Positions 33,759 through 45,510 of a DNA stretch of 64,000 nt are shown piece by piece. The DNA lies in assembly GCA_000091205.1 (NCBI GenBank), contig AP006497.2; one strand, written 5' to 3'. The position numbers and the translations under genes were made by a program. The stretch is from Cyanidioschyzon merolae. Its lineage: Eukaryota. Every line of letters starts with the position of its first letter. Position 1 is the stretch's first letter. The notes below the pieces were generated by a model. It was not told the DNA's origin, made no database searches, and worked only from the letters and a program-made list of their open reading frames with translations.

Positions 33759-34370
33759 ATGCGATACCTGCGATCAAGCGCATTGACTGCGCGACTGATC
33801 AAAGCCGGGTGTTTGCGTGAACCAGCGTGGATGTCGGCGCTCCGGGGTCTGGAGGCTGTACGCGCACAGCCCGTGCTTGATCCGGACGCTCGGGTTCCGA
33901 AGCCTGGAACCCGGACGCGTACGGCGAATGACCACACTTCACGGGTATCGCTGCTGCAACGACTGCGCCGCCGACTTGCGGAACGTCACCCCGAGTGGCT
34001 ACTCCACGTTGTGGTTGACCTCAATGCACCAACGAGAGCAGAGCGCGACGTGATCGAAAAGTTTGTTCGTATGCAGGCGGAGCTCATTCAGAGGGAGCAG
34101 TTGTCCGAAGAGGAAGCTTATGAACGCACGCTGGCCGTGCTACGCAGCGAACTACCGCGGACGTCGCAGCTGGCGGCGCTGGTTGAACAGCAGCAGACCG
34201 CGTCAAAGAGTGTCGGGTTGTCTCAGGTTATGGTGGCCGCACCGTCGCTTTCCGTTGCTAGTCCCGAGCGCCCACTCCAGGATCCAGAGGCCGTTTTTCT
34301 GGCAAGTCTCCAGGATGCACAACGTGATCGCTGGTTATTCGAGCAGTTTAGTAGACGTTTAACGAGTTAG
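33759..34370 (+). CDS. Hypothetical protein, possibly mitochondrial ribosomal protein mS23-like
   Basis: 203 aa counting from the first ATG. The N-terminal ARLIKAGCLREPAWMSAL and the later VIEKFVRMQAELIQREQLSEEEAYERT resemble the mS23 pattern (R.L..AG.L.E.P.W, then FVEKY..LQ....EE). The assignment is weak and made by eye only. Confidence 0.45.
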   Translation: MRYLRSSALTARLIKAGCLREPAWMSALRGLEAVRAQPVLDPDARVPKPGTRTRTANDHTSRVSLLQRLRRRLAERHPEWLLHVVVDLNAPTRAERDVIEKFVRMQAELIQREQLSEEEAYERTLAVLRSELPRTSQLAALVEQQQTASKSVGLSQVMVAAPSLSVASPERPLQDPEAVFLASLQDAQRDRWLFEQFSRRLTS

Positions 34371-36272
34371 AGACGAGGTTTCCGCGTGAACACTGCGAAC
34401 GAGTCTGTCGATGTGAACGAGCAAGATCTACTGGGCAAGCGTTCGCGGAACAGCGTTGGGGCGTTATTGTGTTCCGTGCTGGTCACGCGCGAGCATCCCA
34501 GAAACTGAGCGTGCATCAGTAGGCGGCACGCCTCTGTGTCAAAGGCGTCGCACACACACACACACACAAGTACGCACGATATGAATTTCAGCGGTGCTTG
34601 GTATCGTTGCACAGGATACCGCCGGCATTCGCTTTCCAAGGCGGGCTCCTCATACCATGTATCGATATCATGGCTCCTCCGCAAAACACGGATGATCGCC
34701 AACAGCAACGAAAACGGTTAGACAAGTCTGATGGAATCCGTGAGACAGCATTGGTGTAGCGAGCTTCGTTCAAGGGGTGCGCTATCGCATACTTCGTCGA
34801 AACAGATCGATATGATGCGCTGGCGCTCAGCGAGGCAGTATGCACCAAGAAACAAGGGAGAGACGCTGACGACCATACGTCTTTGATCGTGTGTGCGAGG
34901 TAAATTACGAACAGGCACGGGCTTGTAGAACGGGTTCATCGCTGGCGAGCTCTCGTCGAGCATGCGTCTCATGTACGTGATACCGACATAAACAGCAAGA
35001 GACACGACATTCTTGCGGTGAGCATTTCTGAGTACAGTGTAAAGAGGCCATGGGCGCAGTTAGAGAGGAAGCATCCTCGACAGATCGCCGATGGTACCGG
35101 TTGGTGTCATATATGCGCATATGTTTCGTAAATGACCCGCTTGCAAGCGAGCTCGCTTCTTTCGTATGAACTTCGAAGCCTGTTGGTCATTCAGGGTGGC
35201 GCTGAAACCCGCTCCATCTCCCGAGACATGTTTCTGGGGTGCAGCATCATTCACATGAAAAGAGGATCATCGAATCTACCGCGAGCACCGTCACGGGCGC
35301 TCCGACAGTTTCGTGCTGTGCTAAGCGACTGCAGGTGCTCCACTGGTGCAACTTGCCCCAGTGTCTGCTGACCGCATCTCATCCCCGAAACCCGACATAC
35401 ACCAGCTTTACCAGTGCATCATCGACAGATGTAACCAATCGTGCGCGTAACACGCAACACCAATGCCCGTATAAACATCAGAAGACCTCCGGTAGGAGAC
35501 CTCGAATCTGATGCCTCAAATATGATCCGTAAACCAAAAAATATCGCCGGATCATGAAGCGTCCATTGATACCTACTCAGTGGCGCTGCCCAGCTTTTTC
35601 GGACCGGCCGCCTGCAATCGGTCTCAGTTTACCCAAACACATTTCGAGCTTGAGAGGCTGCCGTGCGATTCTAGATCGCTTCAGTTCCTCGGGCATCGTC
35701 TTGATCAGCACAAGTCTCATGATGTTGACGGCCGGTGTTGGAGTATCGGCTCACAAACTCCGTGCGTTTCTTGCCGCTGGCGGATCGCATCGATGTACGG
35801 GTTGCTAGTACTCGTGCCGTCTCTGCCACTGCAGTCTCGTCATCGTCCTGTCGAGCAAACACCTTTTCCCGCCGATCTCCTCTCTTCTTCTTGTTCTTCG
35901 TGACTTGCTCTTCTTCACTCGATATTCGACGACGAGACGATTTTTTCGTTGTTTTCCGGTACCCGGCGATGCCAACCCTCTAGGATCCTTGACTTCCATG
36001 TCCATGCCTTGCCATGAGTTCTTTATTTCTTCAAATGAACGCACTTGGAACACGTCTGCTATAAACCGCGAAAAACCTCTTCATTTCCAGTCGCCTCGGT
36101 ATGAACCAAAATGAACTCGAAAGACTCGGCAGGGCACCCGTCTGTGCCAGGGTGTTCGGCCAGATTTTGCCGCCCCGCGGATCAAGTCGCTACCCAGAGA
36201 CGCCACTGTTCTTGTCCCAACTTCGTCTGAGAAGGGGTCGTGCGCCAACACAGTGTTTCGAATCAGACGTAT

Positions 36273-36863
36273 ATGGACTTGAGCAGCCCGCAGGAGACCT
36301 TGCGTCCTCGCTATAACGCGGTAGCGTGGTCGGTGTTGCTGGTGCGGCGTCCAAGAACGCTGTTGGCGACGGCTGGTCAAGCTGCGCTGCGCCCAGCGCT
36401 GATGGTTCGTGGATTCAACGTCAGGGTCGGGATCGTGTTGCATCAGCTACCTGATGCACCGATCCGTGCTAGAAATTACCTATACTGTCTTTCTGAGAAA
36501 CAACCGGACTCTAAAAAGCCGACGGACCGGAGCCGGCGGGACGCTTCGCAACCAGTGCCCAGAGACCAGTCCGTTGAGCAACGCCTCGCACGAGAAGCCA
36601 CTCAGCACGGGCACGGATCAGAGGAGGAAGCGCCTGTCTTTGATGAGACTGCCGCACGGGCTGCTGAGATTCTGGAACTTTTGGAAGGTCTGCGCGCATT
36701 CCGGCAACGAATTATTGATGATGCGCAAGCCATGGCGAAGCAGATCAGAACCCCGAAGGAGCAAGTTGATGCGAGTTTAGCGAAACATCCCGATATCGCT
36801 AAGATTGATGCGAGCATCCGCCGACTGGAAGCGGAGCTGAAGGCGATCAGCGATAACGTGTGA
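36273..36863 (+). CDS. Hypothetical protein with a C-terminal coiled-coil segment. The start is uncertain.
   Basis: The open frame is 36240-36863 with the first ATG at 36273. The C-terminal AAEILELLEGLRAFRQRIIDDAQAMAKQIRTPKEQVDASLAKHPDIAKIDASIRRLEAELKAI looks protein-like. I recognised no family. Confidence 0.4.
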   Translation: MDLSSPQETLRPRYNAVAWSVLLVRRPRTLLATAGQAALRPALMVRGFNVRVGIVLHQLPDAPIRARNYLYCLSEKQPDSKKPTDRSRRDASQPVPRDQSVEQRLAREATQHGHGSEEEAPVFDETAARAAEILELLEGLRAFRQRIIDDAQAMAKQIRTPKEQVDASLAKHPDIAKIDASIRRLEAELKAISDNV

Positions 36864-37149
36864 GTTGCGGATCTCGGGCAGAGGCGCTCCGATACGTGGC
36901 CATATGCCACGTCAGTAGGAGTAAGAAAGCGTGAAGCACCTTCCGGCTGGCTGATCGAACGCAGCCGCCGTGCCACTCGCAAGCCGGTGATGGTGCATGG
37001 AATTCCCGTCAGATTCTGAAGCGACTAGCTATGAAGACGAGGTATATAGGTGGCAGCCAACGCAATGCTAGGATTTGCAACGATAACGGCTCAGCTTCGG
37101 GCCTGTTTGAGACGGAATGGAGCTAGCCGCTGCATTGTACAATTTTTTC

Positions 37150-38229
37150 TCAGCAAAGGAGCTCCGCCATGACGCGCTCTTCATCCGCTGGCGATGCAAC
37201 GATTCGACAGAAACCGATTCCTTCACCAGGTGACGGATTTTCCCATTTGCCTGCAAACGACGTCACCACTTTCACCACATCGTTCTCGGTGCTTTCAAAA
37301 AGAGTCGGGTGATTGGGTCCCCGCAAAAGCACTCTCCGTATGCATTCATCCAGTGGAACCGGGAAAACGAGAACGCCTACGGGGTAGGCATTCGCTTGCG
37401 CTGCAATCGCTATCCAGACCGCTCGTTGTGCGCTATCCACGTTGCACCGGTCGACAATGACGTGGCGAGGAGGATCAGACGTGAGCGCCTCCTGCATCAT
37501 GCGCTCACACTCCTGCCGAGATCCGAGATCATCCTGGCTGACTCGTACCCAGTTTTCACCTCCGTGTTTTAACACGAGTTTCGCGAATGTCGACTTTCCC
37601 GATCCAGGAATGCCACAGAGTAGGACTACGCGGGACCGATGCGCTCTCCCCGAGCTCTGGAGTTGCTCCTCCGAGGACCTGTATTGAAACTCGGAACTGG
37701 CTGCTGTCACCTCGGTCAGCGGCGCAGCCACACCCCAGCGTTGATCAGCTTCGCGGGTGCGCCCGATGTCGCAGTCGTGACCAGCAGTGTCGTCGGTGTT
37801 GCTCGGCGAACACGCAGTCGATGATAGGCAGCTCACGTGCAGCTCTCCACGCTCCTTACTGGCCAGAACCGACTGTTGCGGGCGCAACCGCTCCAGGTCC
37901 GAAGTGCCGTCTGTTCGCGAAAGCAGTGGCGCTCGGACAGCGCTCCGGATCGAAACGAAAAGCCTCTGTAAACGGTGTACCAACTGTACCGTTTGGCGAG
38001 CTGGGTTGTTCCCTGAGGCAGTGCTGGTCCGCATATCGCCAGAAAACAATGTCTGGCGTAGAGGGTGCTCGCTCAGAGCCAGCGTCACTTTGCAGTGTCG
38101 CCGCGCAGCGGGCTCCCTGCTCTTGCAGCAAAGTCGTCGAGCACACGTGTTTGCCGGCGTCGGTCGCTGCTGAACCAGAACCAAAGTTGGACCCACGAAA
38201 AGTCGAGTTCCAAGCTTCCTCTTGAGCAT
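37150..38229 (-). CDS. P-loop kinase-like protein (AAA_33 / polynucleotide-kinase-like domain) with a long low-complexity N-terminus
   Basis: Walker A VVLLCGIPGSGKSTFAK is followed by VRVSQDDLGSRQECERMM and HVIVDRCNVDSAQR in the C-terminal ~170 aa. The ORF-track start at 38430 is GTG. The first ATG is at 38229, and the true start could lie further downstream. Confidence 0.65.
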   Translation of the reverse strand: MLKRKLGTRLFVGPTLVLVQQRPTPANTCARRLCCKSREPAARRHCKVTLALSEHPLRQTLFSGDMRTSTASGNNPARQTVQLVHRLQRLFVSIRSAVRAPLLSRTDGTSDLERLRPQQSVLASKERGELHVSCLSSTACSPSNTDDTAGHDCDIGRTREADQRWGVAAPLTEVTAASSEFQYRSSEEQLQSSGRAHRSRVVLLCGIPGSGKSTFAKLVLKHGGENWVRVSQDDLGSRQECERMMQEALTSDPPRHVIVDRCNVDSAQRAVWIAIAAQANAYPVGVLVFPVPLDECIRRVLLRGPNHPTLFESTENDVVKVVTSFAGKWENPSPGEGIGFCRIVASPADEERVMAELLC

Positions 38230-38540
38230 GGTCCTCAGCGACACCGCGATAGCCAGCCAGCTGCACAGTGCATAGTTTTCGGACAGTGCTGCGGCCAGAA
38301 GCTGCCGTTCAGTAGGGTTTACGCTGCGCGAACGGCGCTGCGGGAAGTTTGGGCGTTTTGCGCGCACATCGAATCCCAGGCGCTGGCCGCGCTGCTCCCC
38401 AGACCTGCTACGGTACAACAGGGGATTCACCGGCGTTGTCGGTGCTTATGTACTCATCTGGGGTGGCGTCCGACCAGTGGGGCTTGACTGAAATGATATA
38501 TGTTGGAGTATGTTTTGTGTGGAGCGTGCATCTGGGGATA

Positions 38541-38929
38541 CAGCACGCGCATGATGCGTGCGTGCTTGGCACCGAACGCAGTAGCCACGACGACTCCTAC
38601 AGAGCGCCTCCTCTGGGTCGTTGAGGGCGTCAGATTCCATGCCACACTTGAGACTGGCAGTGCCCATACACGCACTGGAGCTGAGCGTTGTCATAAATCG
38701 GGACCTGGGGCTGCGAAACAATCGCTCTCAATGGTATTGCTGGCGTGCAACGAATGGACAGCGGGCACCACAACGCAAGTGCCCGCGGAATGCGGTGCGC
38801 TGGATGATTTCCTTGCATCTGTATGCAAGGATGCGCGCTCTGCTTCTTGTGCTGGTGCTGCTGCTTTGGGGAATTTGTGCACGTGCGTCATCCACGCTGA
38901 TGGTTGCTTTTCGAATGGTGACTACTGAG
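38541..38929 (-). repeat. Repeat D1, the inverted partner of D2 (44303-44690)
   Basis: The translated ORF pair 38500-38928(+) and 44307-44711(-) differs at 4 of ~125 aa, which implies about 98% nucleotide identity in inverted orientation. Confidence 0.88.
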
Positions 38930-39709
38930 GCGCATTCGCGAACATACATACTGATCTTTACCGAGCAGCAAGCGCGAAGCAGTCGCATGTAAGCGATTGT
39001 TGCGACAATCAGCTACCCGCATGCGTAAAGCTCTACCATTGCCAACGATGCTCTCTACTGAAACCGCATCATCCTCGGAAGGCACGTATCACCGATGCGC
39101 TATTATCATTGGACGCAAGCCGCCGAATCATCGTGCCGTTCGGCAGCGCGTGCACCACCAAACGATCAAAAAGCGCAGGTTACACCTGCACCCGTTCGCC
39201 TGCACCGCAGTATCTCGTTCAAGCAGTCGCACGATGATGGGGCTATTGCGCCAATCTGGAAACCGCACCGCCGTCCACCGACAATCCCGCGAACACCCGT
39301 GTCCTTTCCTACCTAACAAAATGTTAACGTACACCGGGGGATTCCGATTGGGCGCCAGCTAGCAGCGCTCTATGTAGCAAACACACGTCCACGTGTCGAT
39401 CGCGCGTGCACCGGAATCCCGCCTCTGCCAGCAGCTGTGCGCTGCGGTGATCGCGGATTCGCGCCAACGACGCCAAGCGCTGCTGCTGGTGCTCTCGGTG
39501 CCCGTAATCCGTTGTTGCGCTCAGACGATATGCGCGCGCGCGCACGCTGGCGGGGGCACTGGCTGCGATCCGCGAACGTACGTTGCCGTAGCGCTGCATT
39601 TTTCGTTGAGGCTGTGCTTGCTCGTAGGTCGAGAAGCGGCCCGGTTGCGGCCGCAAACAAGTTCGAGTCCAAACGGGACCCGCAACAACACGAACAAGTG
39701 TTTTGGTGA

Positions 39710-40573
39710 ATGTTCCTCTTTGCTAGCACGTTTGTGTGTCAGCGAGCCTGGCCGCGAGCGCGCTTTCGGAACGCCCCGTGTCGGCGCGTGACGTTGGACG
39801 CTAGGGGTGACTCAGTGAGTGCAGGTGCCGAACAGCCGACGCGTCGTCCTGAGGCGCCCGCGAAAAGGCGTGGGAGTCGCTTTCTCATCAAGGTCCGAAA
39901 GTCTGTGCGCACCACACGCAAGCACGGTAGCGTCATTCCAGCTGATGTTTGGTTACCACCCGAACTAACAAGTGACGTTTTGCCTTGCGGCGACAGCAAA
40001 CTCTTGGATAATGAGGCGCACTTACCGGCGCTGGTGCTCAACGCGGACTATAGACCCCTTTCGTACCTGCCACTGTCGTTGTGGTCCTGGCAAGAAGCAA
40101 TAAAGGCGTCGCTTTCGGGTCGCGTTCGTGTTGTTGCCGAGTACGATAAAATTATTCGTGCACCGTCGATGAGCATGCGGTTGCCTGCTGTGGTGTGCCT
40201 CAAGCGCTTTCAGCAGAGCACGGTCTCTCGGGCAGCTTTCACACGTTTTAACGTCTTCCTTCGGGACTCGTTCCAGTGCCAGTATTGTGGTACGAGCGGG
40301 CCTATCACAGATCTGACGTTTGATCACGTCGTGCCGCGTTCGCGCGGTGGCAAGACGTGCTGGCGCAATGTCGTCACCTGCTGCACGGCCTGCAATCGAC
40401 GCAAAGGCGGCAAACTGCCCCACGAAATACCAAATATGACGTTGCAACGTCAACCTTATGTACCGCTATACTGTGAATTGCAGGAAGTGGCCCGTAAGTT
40501 TCCCCCGCGATTCTTGCATGAGACCTGGGCAGACTACCTGTTCTGGGATGTGCCCCTGCAACGAGACGAATGA
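39710..40573 (+). CDS. HNH endonuclease domain protein (bacterial/cyanobacterial McrA-like type) with a basic N-terminal extension
   Basis: ATG start, 287 aa. The HNH core is FQCQYCGTSGPITDLTFDHVVPRSRGGKTCWRNVVTCCTACNRRKGGKLP, preceded by LVLNADYRPLSYLPLSLWSWQEAI. The N-terminal ~90 aa is rich in Arg, Ala and Ser. Confidence 0.85.
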   Translation: MFLFASTFVCQRAWPRARFRNAPCRRVTLDARGDSVSAGAEQPTRRPEAPAKRRGSRFLIKVRKSVRTTRKHGSVIPADVWLPPELTSDVLPCGDSKLLDNEAHLPALVLNADYRPLSYLPLSLWSWQEAIKASLSGRVRVVAEYDKIIRAPSMSMRLPAVVCLKRFQQSTVSRAAFTRFNVFLRDSFQCQYCGTSGPITDLTFDHVVPRSRGGKTCWRNVVTCCTACNRRKGGKLPHEIPNMTLQRQPYVPLYCELQEVARKFPPRFLHETWADYLFWDVPLQRDE

Positions 40574-42893
40574 TGGAGGTTTGGGGTACGAACGTGACTT
40601 GGAAGTGCCCCGCCCCGCGGTTGCGTATCTCGAACGTTTGCCTGTCTGGGGCAAGCCTCGTTAGAATGCAGCACTTCAGTGCGAAGTGAGTATACGAGCT
40701 GCAAGAGCTGTCGACCAATCCACGGAGCGCGCGCTTCGTGGAACCATCTGATTCAGAGGATCCCGGGCAGAGCCATGATCTCTAGGCTTTCGAAGGCGTA
40801 TCGCTGCTTTTGCCGGCATTGGCGCTGTTCGTGGTCCAGATGTATTGGAAGCGAGTCCGACCGAACGCTATGCGCTGTCGAGAGAAACGACTGATTCAGC
40901 GTGTTATTTACTTTGCGATGGAGACGAATCCGCAGGCCACGATCGAGCCCTTTGCGAACAGTGCTTATTTCTGGTCGATCTGTAGATGTGCAGAATGGAG
41001 GTGTCAGGTGCATGGAATGCGCGTCACGATACAACGCGGATCTTGTGGCACGACATGGCATTGCACAGCTGGTACCGAGGAAGCTTCGTCAGAAACCAAC
41101 AGGGAGCTATTCTTTCCGTGTGGAATCGTGAGAAGCGTGCAATCGCTATGGGTTGCCATCCGTCGTGTATTTCAACGCAGCGAGGCCGTTTCATCTAGCG
41201 TGAATTCTAAAATGTGCAGTATCTGCTCATCGGTCAACTGCAGTACACTCGTGTCCGAATGAAGTGGAACCTGTCCACTTGCCTACGACAGGCGCACGCT
41301 CTCAAGTCTGGACAGCTCCCACTGCCATGAACACTGGTCTTTGCGGGCTTTTTATACAACTGATTCTTTTTTCTTCTTGACATCTTCGGCTCTAAACTCG
41401 CCTGGCTCTCCTGCCCGACCAGCTCCATCGTCCGCAATTCAAAGGATTTTGGCGGAGGCGTTCAATTCTCGTGTTCACCGCTTCTGCACGTGATTCACAA
41501 GCACCACGCGTAAGCGGAAAACTTGCGATCTACGCTTCGCTTGTTGCTTTCAATATCTTTTTGTCAGGTTTTGCGCGCCCTTCGCAGCGCTGACGCGTCA
41601 CAATTGGTAACGGTTCCCGAATGCGTCGGCCGCTCCTCGCTCTTCGGTAGACGCCCTGTGGCGCGCTAACGCTCGCTTGATCGCTTGTTTCATGCCCTTG
41701 ACAGGTACAGAAAGGAGGTCTCCGCTGCTTTGCTGTGTTTTGGCTCCTAGTCCGAGCCATGCGAACAACCCCTCGACTGGGAGACGCCCTCGGAGAATAC
41801 TCTGTTCGCTACAGGCGCAAGCGCACGCTGTTCCATTTGATGGAGGAATCGTTGAAAGCGATATTGTCCGGGATGGAAGAAGCACCCGAAAAGGAATTCT
41901 AGGCTCGAGAACACGTCGAGAAATGTTGATCCATCTCCGGCTCCTTGTTTCCAAAATGCTGACGCTTGCTCTATCGGAAGCCGTCGCTTTATGGACAGAG
42001 GTCCATGTCCAAGACACGTGTCCGTGCAAAAACCAGGATGCCGATGCCTTTCGAGGCATATCTCGTGATAGGCTTCGAGCTGGTGTCGCATGCATTTTGC
42101 CGATGGCCTCTAAGAGAGGGGCAATTTGTTTCTTGAGCGGAATCGATTCTTTGAAGTGAAAAGATCGTTGAATTCGCAGCGTGAACCTGTGAACAAGCAA
42201 TCAACGGATGACGTCGAGGTGTTTCCCTTTTCAAGTCAGCGGTGCGAATTCCAACGGCCACGATTTGTCCTGGAACAGAGAGATCGAAATCTTGAAAAAT
42301 GTGAAATTTGAGCATGCTACACGTACAAAAAGGAGAAGCGTGGAAGCCTGCACATGTTAATTGGATGAAGATATCCACTTTTTTAAGAGCTCTTGTTTCA
42401 TTGTGTCGCGAATCATTTCGATTCCGGCGACGTAACGAATTCCAGCAGCAAAGGATCGAAGGAATCGCTGCGAAAAGACTACCAAGAATAACAAACCCCG
42501 TATGCAACCGAACGTTCTTTCTACTGTTCTGCGACCACCAAAGCTCCACGTCTAGAACATCTTCTGAAAAACAATCACAACGCAGGAACAAAGCGACTGC
42601 TTCAGTGTTCCGTGTTTATCCGACACAACTCCAGCGGACGGAAATCTGTCCCTATCCGAGAACAGCGAATAGTTGCAACGCAGGCATGCCCTGCACCCGA
42701 TCGCATCAGGTAAACGGCCTTCTTCGATTGAGACAACGTTTCTCCGCACCGGGGATTCCCGATTTATCCATCCCACAGAGCAGGCAAACCATGGAGATCA
42801 CGTATTCGGTGAAAGCGTTGTCACCAGGTCTCCTCTGGTTGCGTTCAGCGCGATTGCATGCCCATGGACGTTGCCATACGACGCATCGGTCGC

Positions 42894-43733
42894 CTAGGCA
42901 TTGGGCACTTTGACTGGCGATAGACCCATCTGTTCAAAGCGGCCGCTCTGCTCCCAGGCATGAACGCCGCCCTCAATTTCCTCGAGCACACGAGCGGCCG
43001 TCTCCGAGGAAGCTCGGAATCCCTCGAGGAGTTGCTGGAGCCGCGGACGGTTCCGGAACACCGGACGATGATGCCACTTGGGCATGATCGCAGCGTACAT
43101 CGCCAGTGTGGGCGCCAAAGCGATATCTGCGAGGGTCACCATTTGCGTTTCGACGGCATGACGTCTGGTATTGTCCTCAGTGAGCATGGTCTCGAGTGTA
43201 TCGAGATGTAGCTCGATTTGCGAGAGCCCATGCTCTCGCTCCGCAGGTGTATTTGTAGGCCGATACAGCACCGCCTGATTCGTCGTGAGGTACAGATCGT
43301 GCACTCGTACATAGAGACGCGCGCGAGCTCTTTTCTCTGGAGTCTGCGGCCGGTATCGCTCCCCGAGTCCGTATTTGTCGAGGAGATACTCGACGATGAC
43401 GTCACTTTCCCAGATGCTCTCTCCCGTGGGCAGCACTAACGCAGGGAACTTGCCATACTTGTGCACTCTCTGTCGATATTCCGAAGTTTTCAGGTATGAA
43501 CCTGGAGGTTCAATTTTTATGTCCAGGTTGTTATCGTAGATGATATACCGAACGCGAGCAGAAAAGTTCGACACGGGAACCGAGAAAAGCGTAGCAGTCT
43601 GGTTGCTTGTCGTGTCGTTCATCAGCACGCACAAGGTTCCCTTGTTGATAAAGTGACGCCGTTGGGCTCGCGGAAATATTGCTTGGATAGGCGTATGCTT
43701 AGGTCGAACAGGCAGAGCGTGAATGAAAGCCAT
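42894..43733 (-). CDS. Glutathione S-transferase-like protein
   Basis: ATG start, 279 aa. The thioredoxin-like N-domain (LFSVPVSNFSARVRYIIY...KFPALVLPTGESIWESDVIVEYLLDKYG) carries the ES..I..YL signature and is followed by a helical C-domain. Confidence 0.75.
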   Translation of the reverse strand: MAFIHALPVRPKHTPIQAIFPRAQRRHFINKGTLCVLMNDTTSNQTATLFSVPVSNFSARVRYIIYDNNLDIKIEPPGSYLKTSEYRQRVHKYGKFPALVLPTGESIWESDVIVEYLLDKYGLGERYRPQTPEKRARARLYVRVHDLYLTTNQAVLYRPTNTPAEREHGLSQIELHLDTLETMLTEDNTRRHAVETQMVTLADIALAPTLAMYAAIMPKWHHRPVFRNRPRLQQLLEGFRASSETAARVLEEIEGGVHAWEQSGRFEQMGLSPVKVPNA

Positions 43734-43903
43734 CGGTTGTTGCGTAGGCCCCAGAAATACAGCGCGCTCTCTACGTGCCTCTGGGCGGGTCTAAGCGAAA
43801 GGACACAATAGTAATTGACAACTCTGGCTGCAAGCGATGCGATGCAGAGGCCACCGGGCGGCGGCTGCGGAGGCGTCCGGTGCTCGATGGAGCGATTCGC
43901 GAG

Positions 43904-43904
43904 G

Positions 43905-43964
<60 letters not shown>

Positions 43965-43965
43965 C
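43904..43965. repeat. (GCCT)n microsatellite, about 15 units
   Basis: An uninterrupted GCCTGCCT... run is read directly, about 170 bp upstream of the GST-like ATG. Confidence 0.95.
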
Positions 43966-44302
43966 TTCTCGCTACTGCTGAACAGCGTTTCGCGCCACGT
44001 GTGGTGGATGAGCTTAGGCGCTGCTCGATCAATGTTTACGCCAAGAGCTACCCGCATTGCTCTGTGGCTTGCAAACCCGGATGCTGGCCGACCGCATGGG
44101 TCCAGTACGTGCTGCTGCCAGATGAAGATCGAAGAACGAGTAGTTTTGGTGTTTAGGGTTCTCGGAATGGAGGCTCATTCCTGGTAGCGTTCATTAGAGA
44201 TTCGCAAAAGAAGCCGCCGATGATTTCAGGGCTGGGTTGAGCGTCTTTTGCGCGCTAGATGACAGGCGTATGCAGAGGTATCCACCATCAAGCACCCTTC
44301 GG

Positions 44303-45251
44303 GACCTCAGTAGTCACCATTCGAAAAGCAACCATCAGCGTGGATGACGCAAGTGCACATATTCCCCGAAGCAGCAGCACCAGCACAAGCAGCAGAGCGC
44401 GCATCCTTGCATACAGATGCAAGAGAATCATCCAGCGCACCGCATTCCGCGGGCACTTGCGTTGTGGTGCCCGCTGTCCATTCGTTGCACGCCAGCAATA
44501 CCATTGAGAGCGATTGTTTCGCAGCCCCAGGTCCCGATTTATGACAACGCTCAGCTCCAGTGCGTGTATGGGCACTGCCAGTCTCAAGTGTGGCATGGAA
44601 TCTGACGCCCTCAACGACCCAGAGGAGGCGCTCTGTAGGAGTCGTCGTCGCCACTGCGTTCGGTGCCAAGCACGCACGCATCATGCGCGTGCGCGTACCT
44701 TCTAGGCACAAGGTCCAGCGAATCGGATGCGCACACGGGTCCAGTGCGCTCTCTGCGCCTACCCACTGTGGTGGGTGTCAAGCACAAACCCGCATTGCCA
44801 ACCGACAACGCATTCCATGCATGATCACGAAGGAGAGAGGCCGCTCCCAGGATTCATCCTAACAGCCAAGTTTCTCCAGCGTGTCGTGCAGCGAAGGCAA
44901 GCCTGCATCCGCAGACTGTCTGAGCACAAACTGACGACGAGACCCGATTCTACGTCGTGTAAACCACGCTTCGAGCCGACGCCCTCTGTGGTATAGAAAA
45001 GCTATTCTAGCTCTATGAACTATCTGCTCCAGCGGTTCAGGCGCAAAGGCGGATGATTAGGGTAGGTACTAGACACACCCGATAGGGCATATGAGACGAC
45101 CAGAATATCCGAGAAGAAGTATAGGTAATGTAACTTGGGAGTAGGAGGTTGATGGATACTTCACCTCGCACTGAAAAACCCAAAAAGAAAAGAAAAATGC
45201 GCATAATCGGAGAACGCTGGCCTATGGAAACGTTTCGTCAATGAAAAAAAA
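44303..45251 (+). mobile_element. Composite retroelement fragment: repeat D2 (44303-44690) fused to the 3' module E3 (44697-45251), ending in an A-run
   Basis: E3 aligns with 4337-4898 and ends ...GTCAATGAAAAAAAA at 45251. D2 contains a degenerate Cys-knuckle-like stretch (WCPLSIRC...TIES...) at the position where the RT-bearing copy has HCPCC...LQCPRW. This suggests a 5'-truncated copy of a related subfamily. Confidence 0.7.
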
Positions 45252-45510
45252 TGTGCATGCGCGCCGTCGCCGCGTCGCTGCGTGCGTGCCCCGTCATCGA
45301 TGCCGTGCACGCGGTAGCGCTGAACGCTCTAGCGAGCGAGGCAGCAGCGTCTTCATTCCTTCTTTGTGACAGAGGCACCGCGCTACCTTCATACGTCTTG
45401 ATCTGGTTACCTCACAACGTGCATAGCGTTTGAAACTGCACTCGTATCCTACTTACAAAGGACGTGGCGGCGTGAGAGGAAAAGCAGTGGCACGGACGCG
45501 ATCCCGCGAG

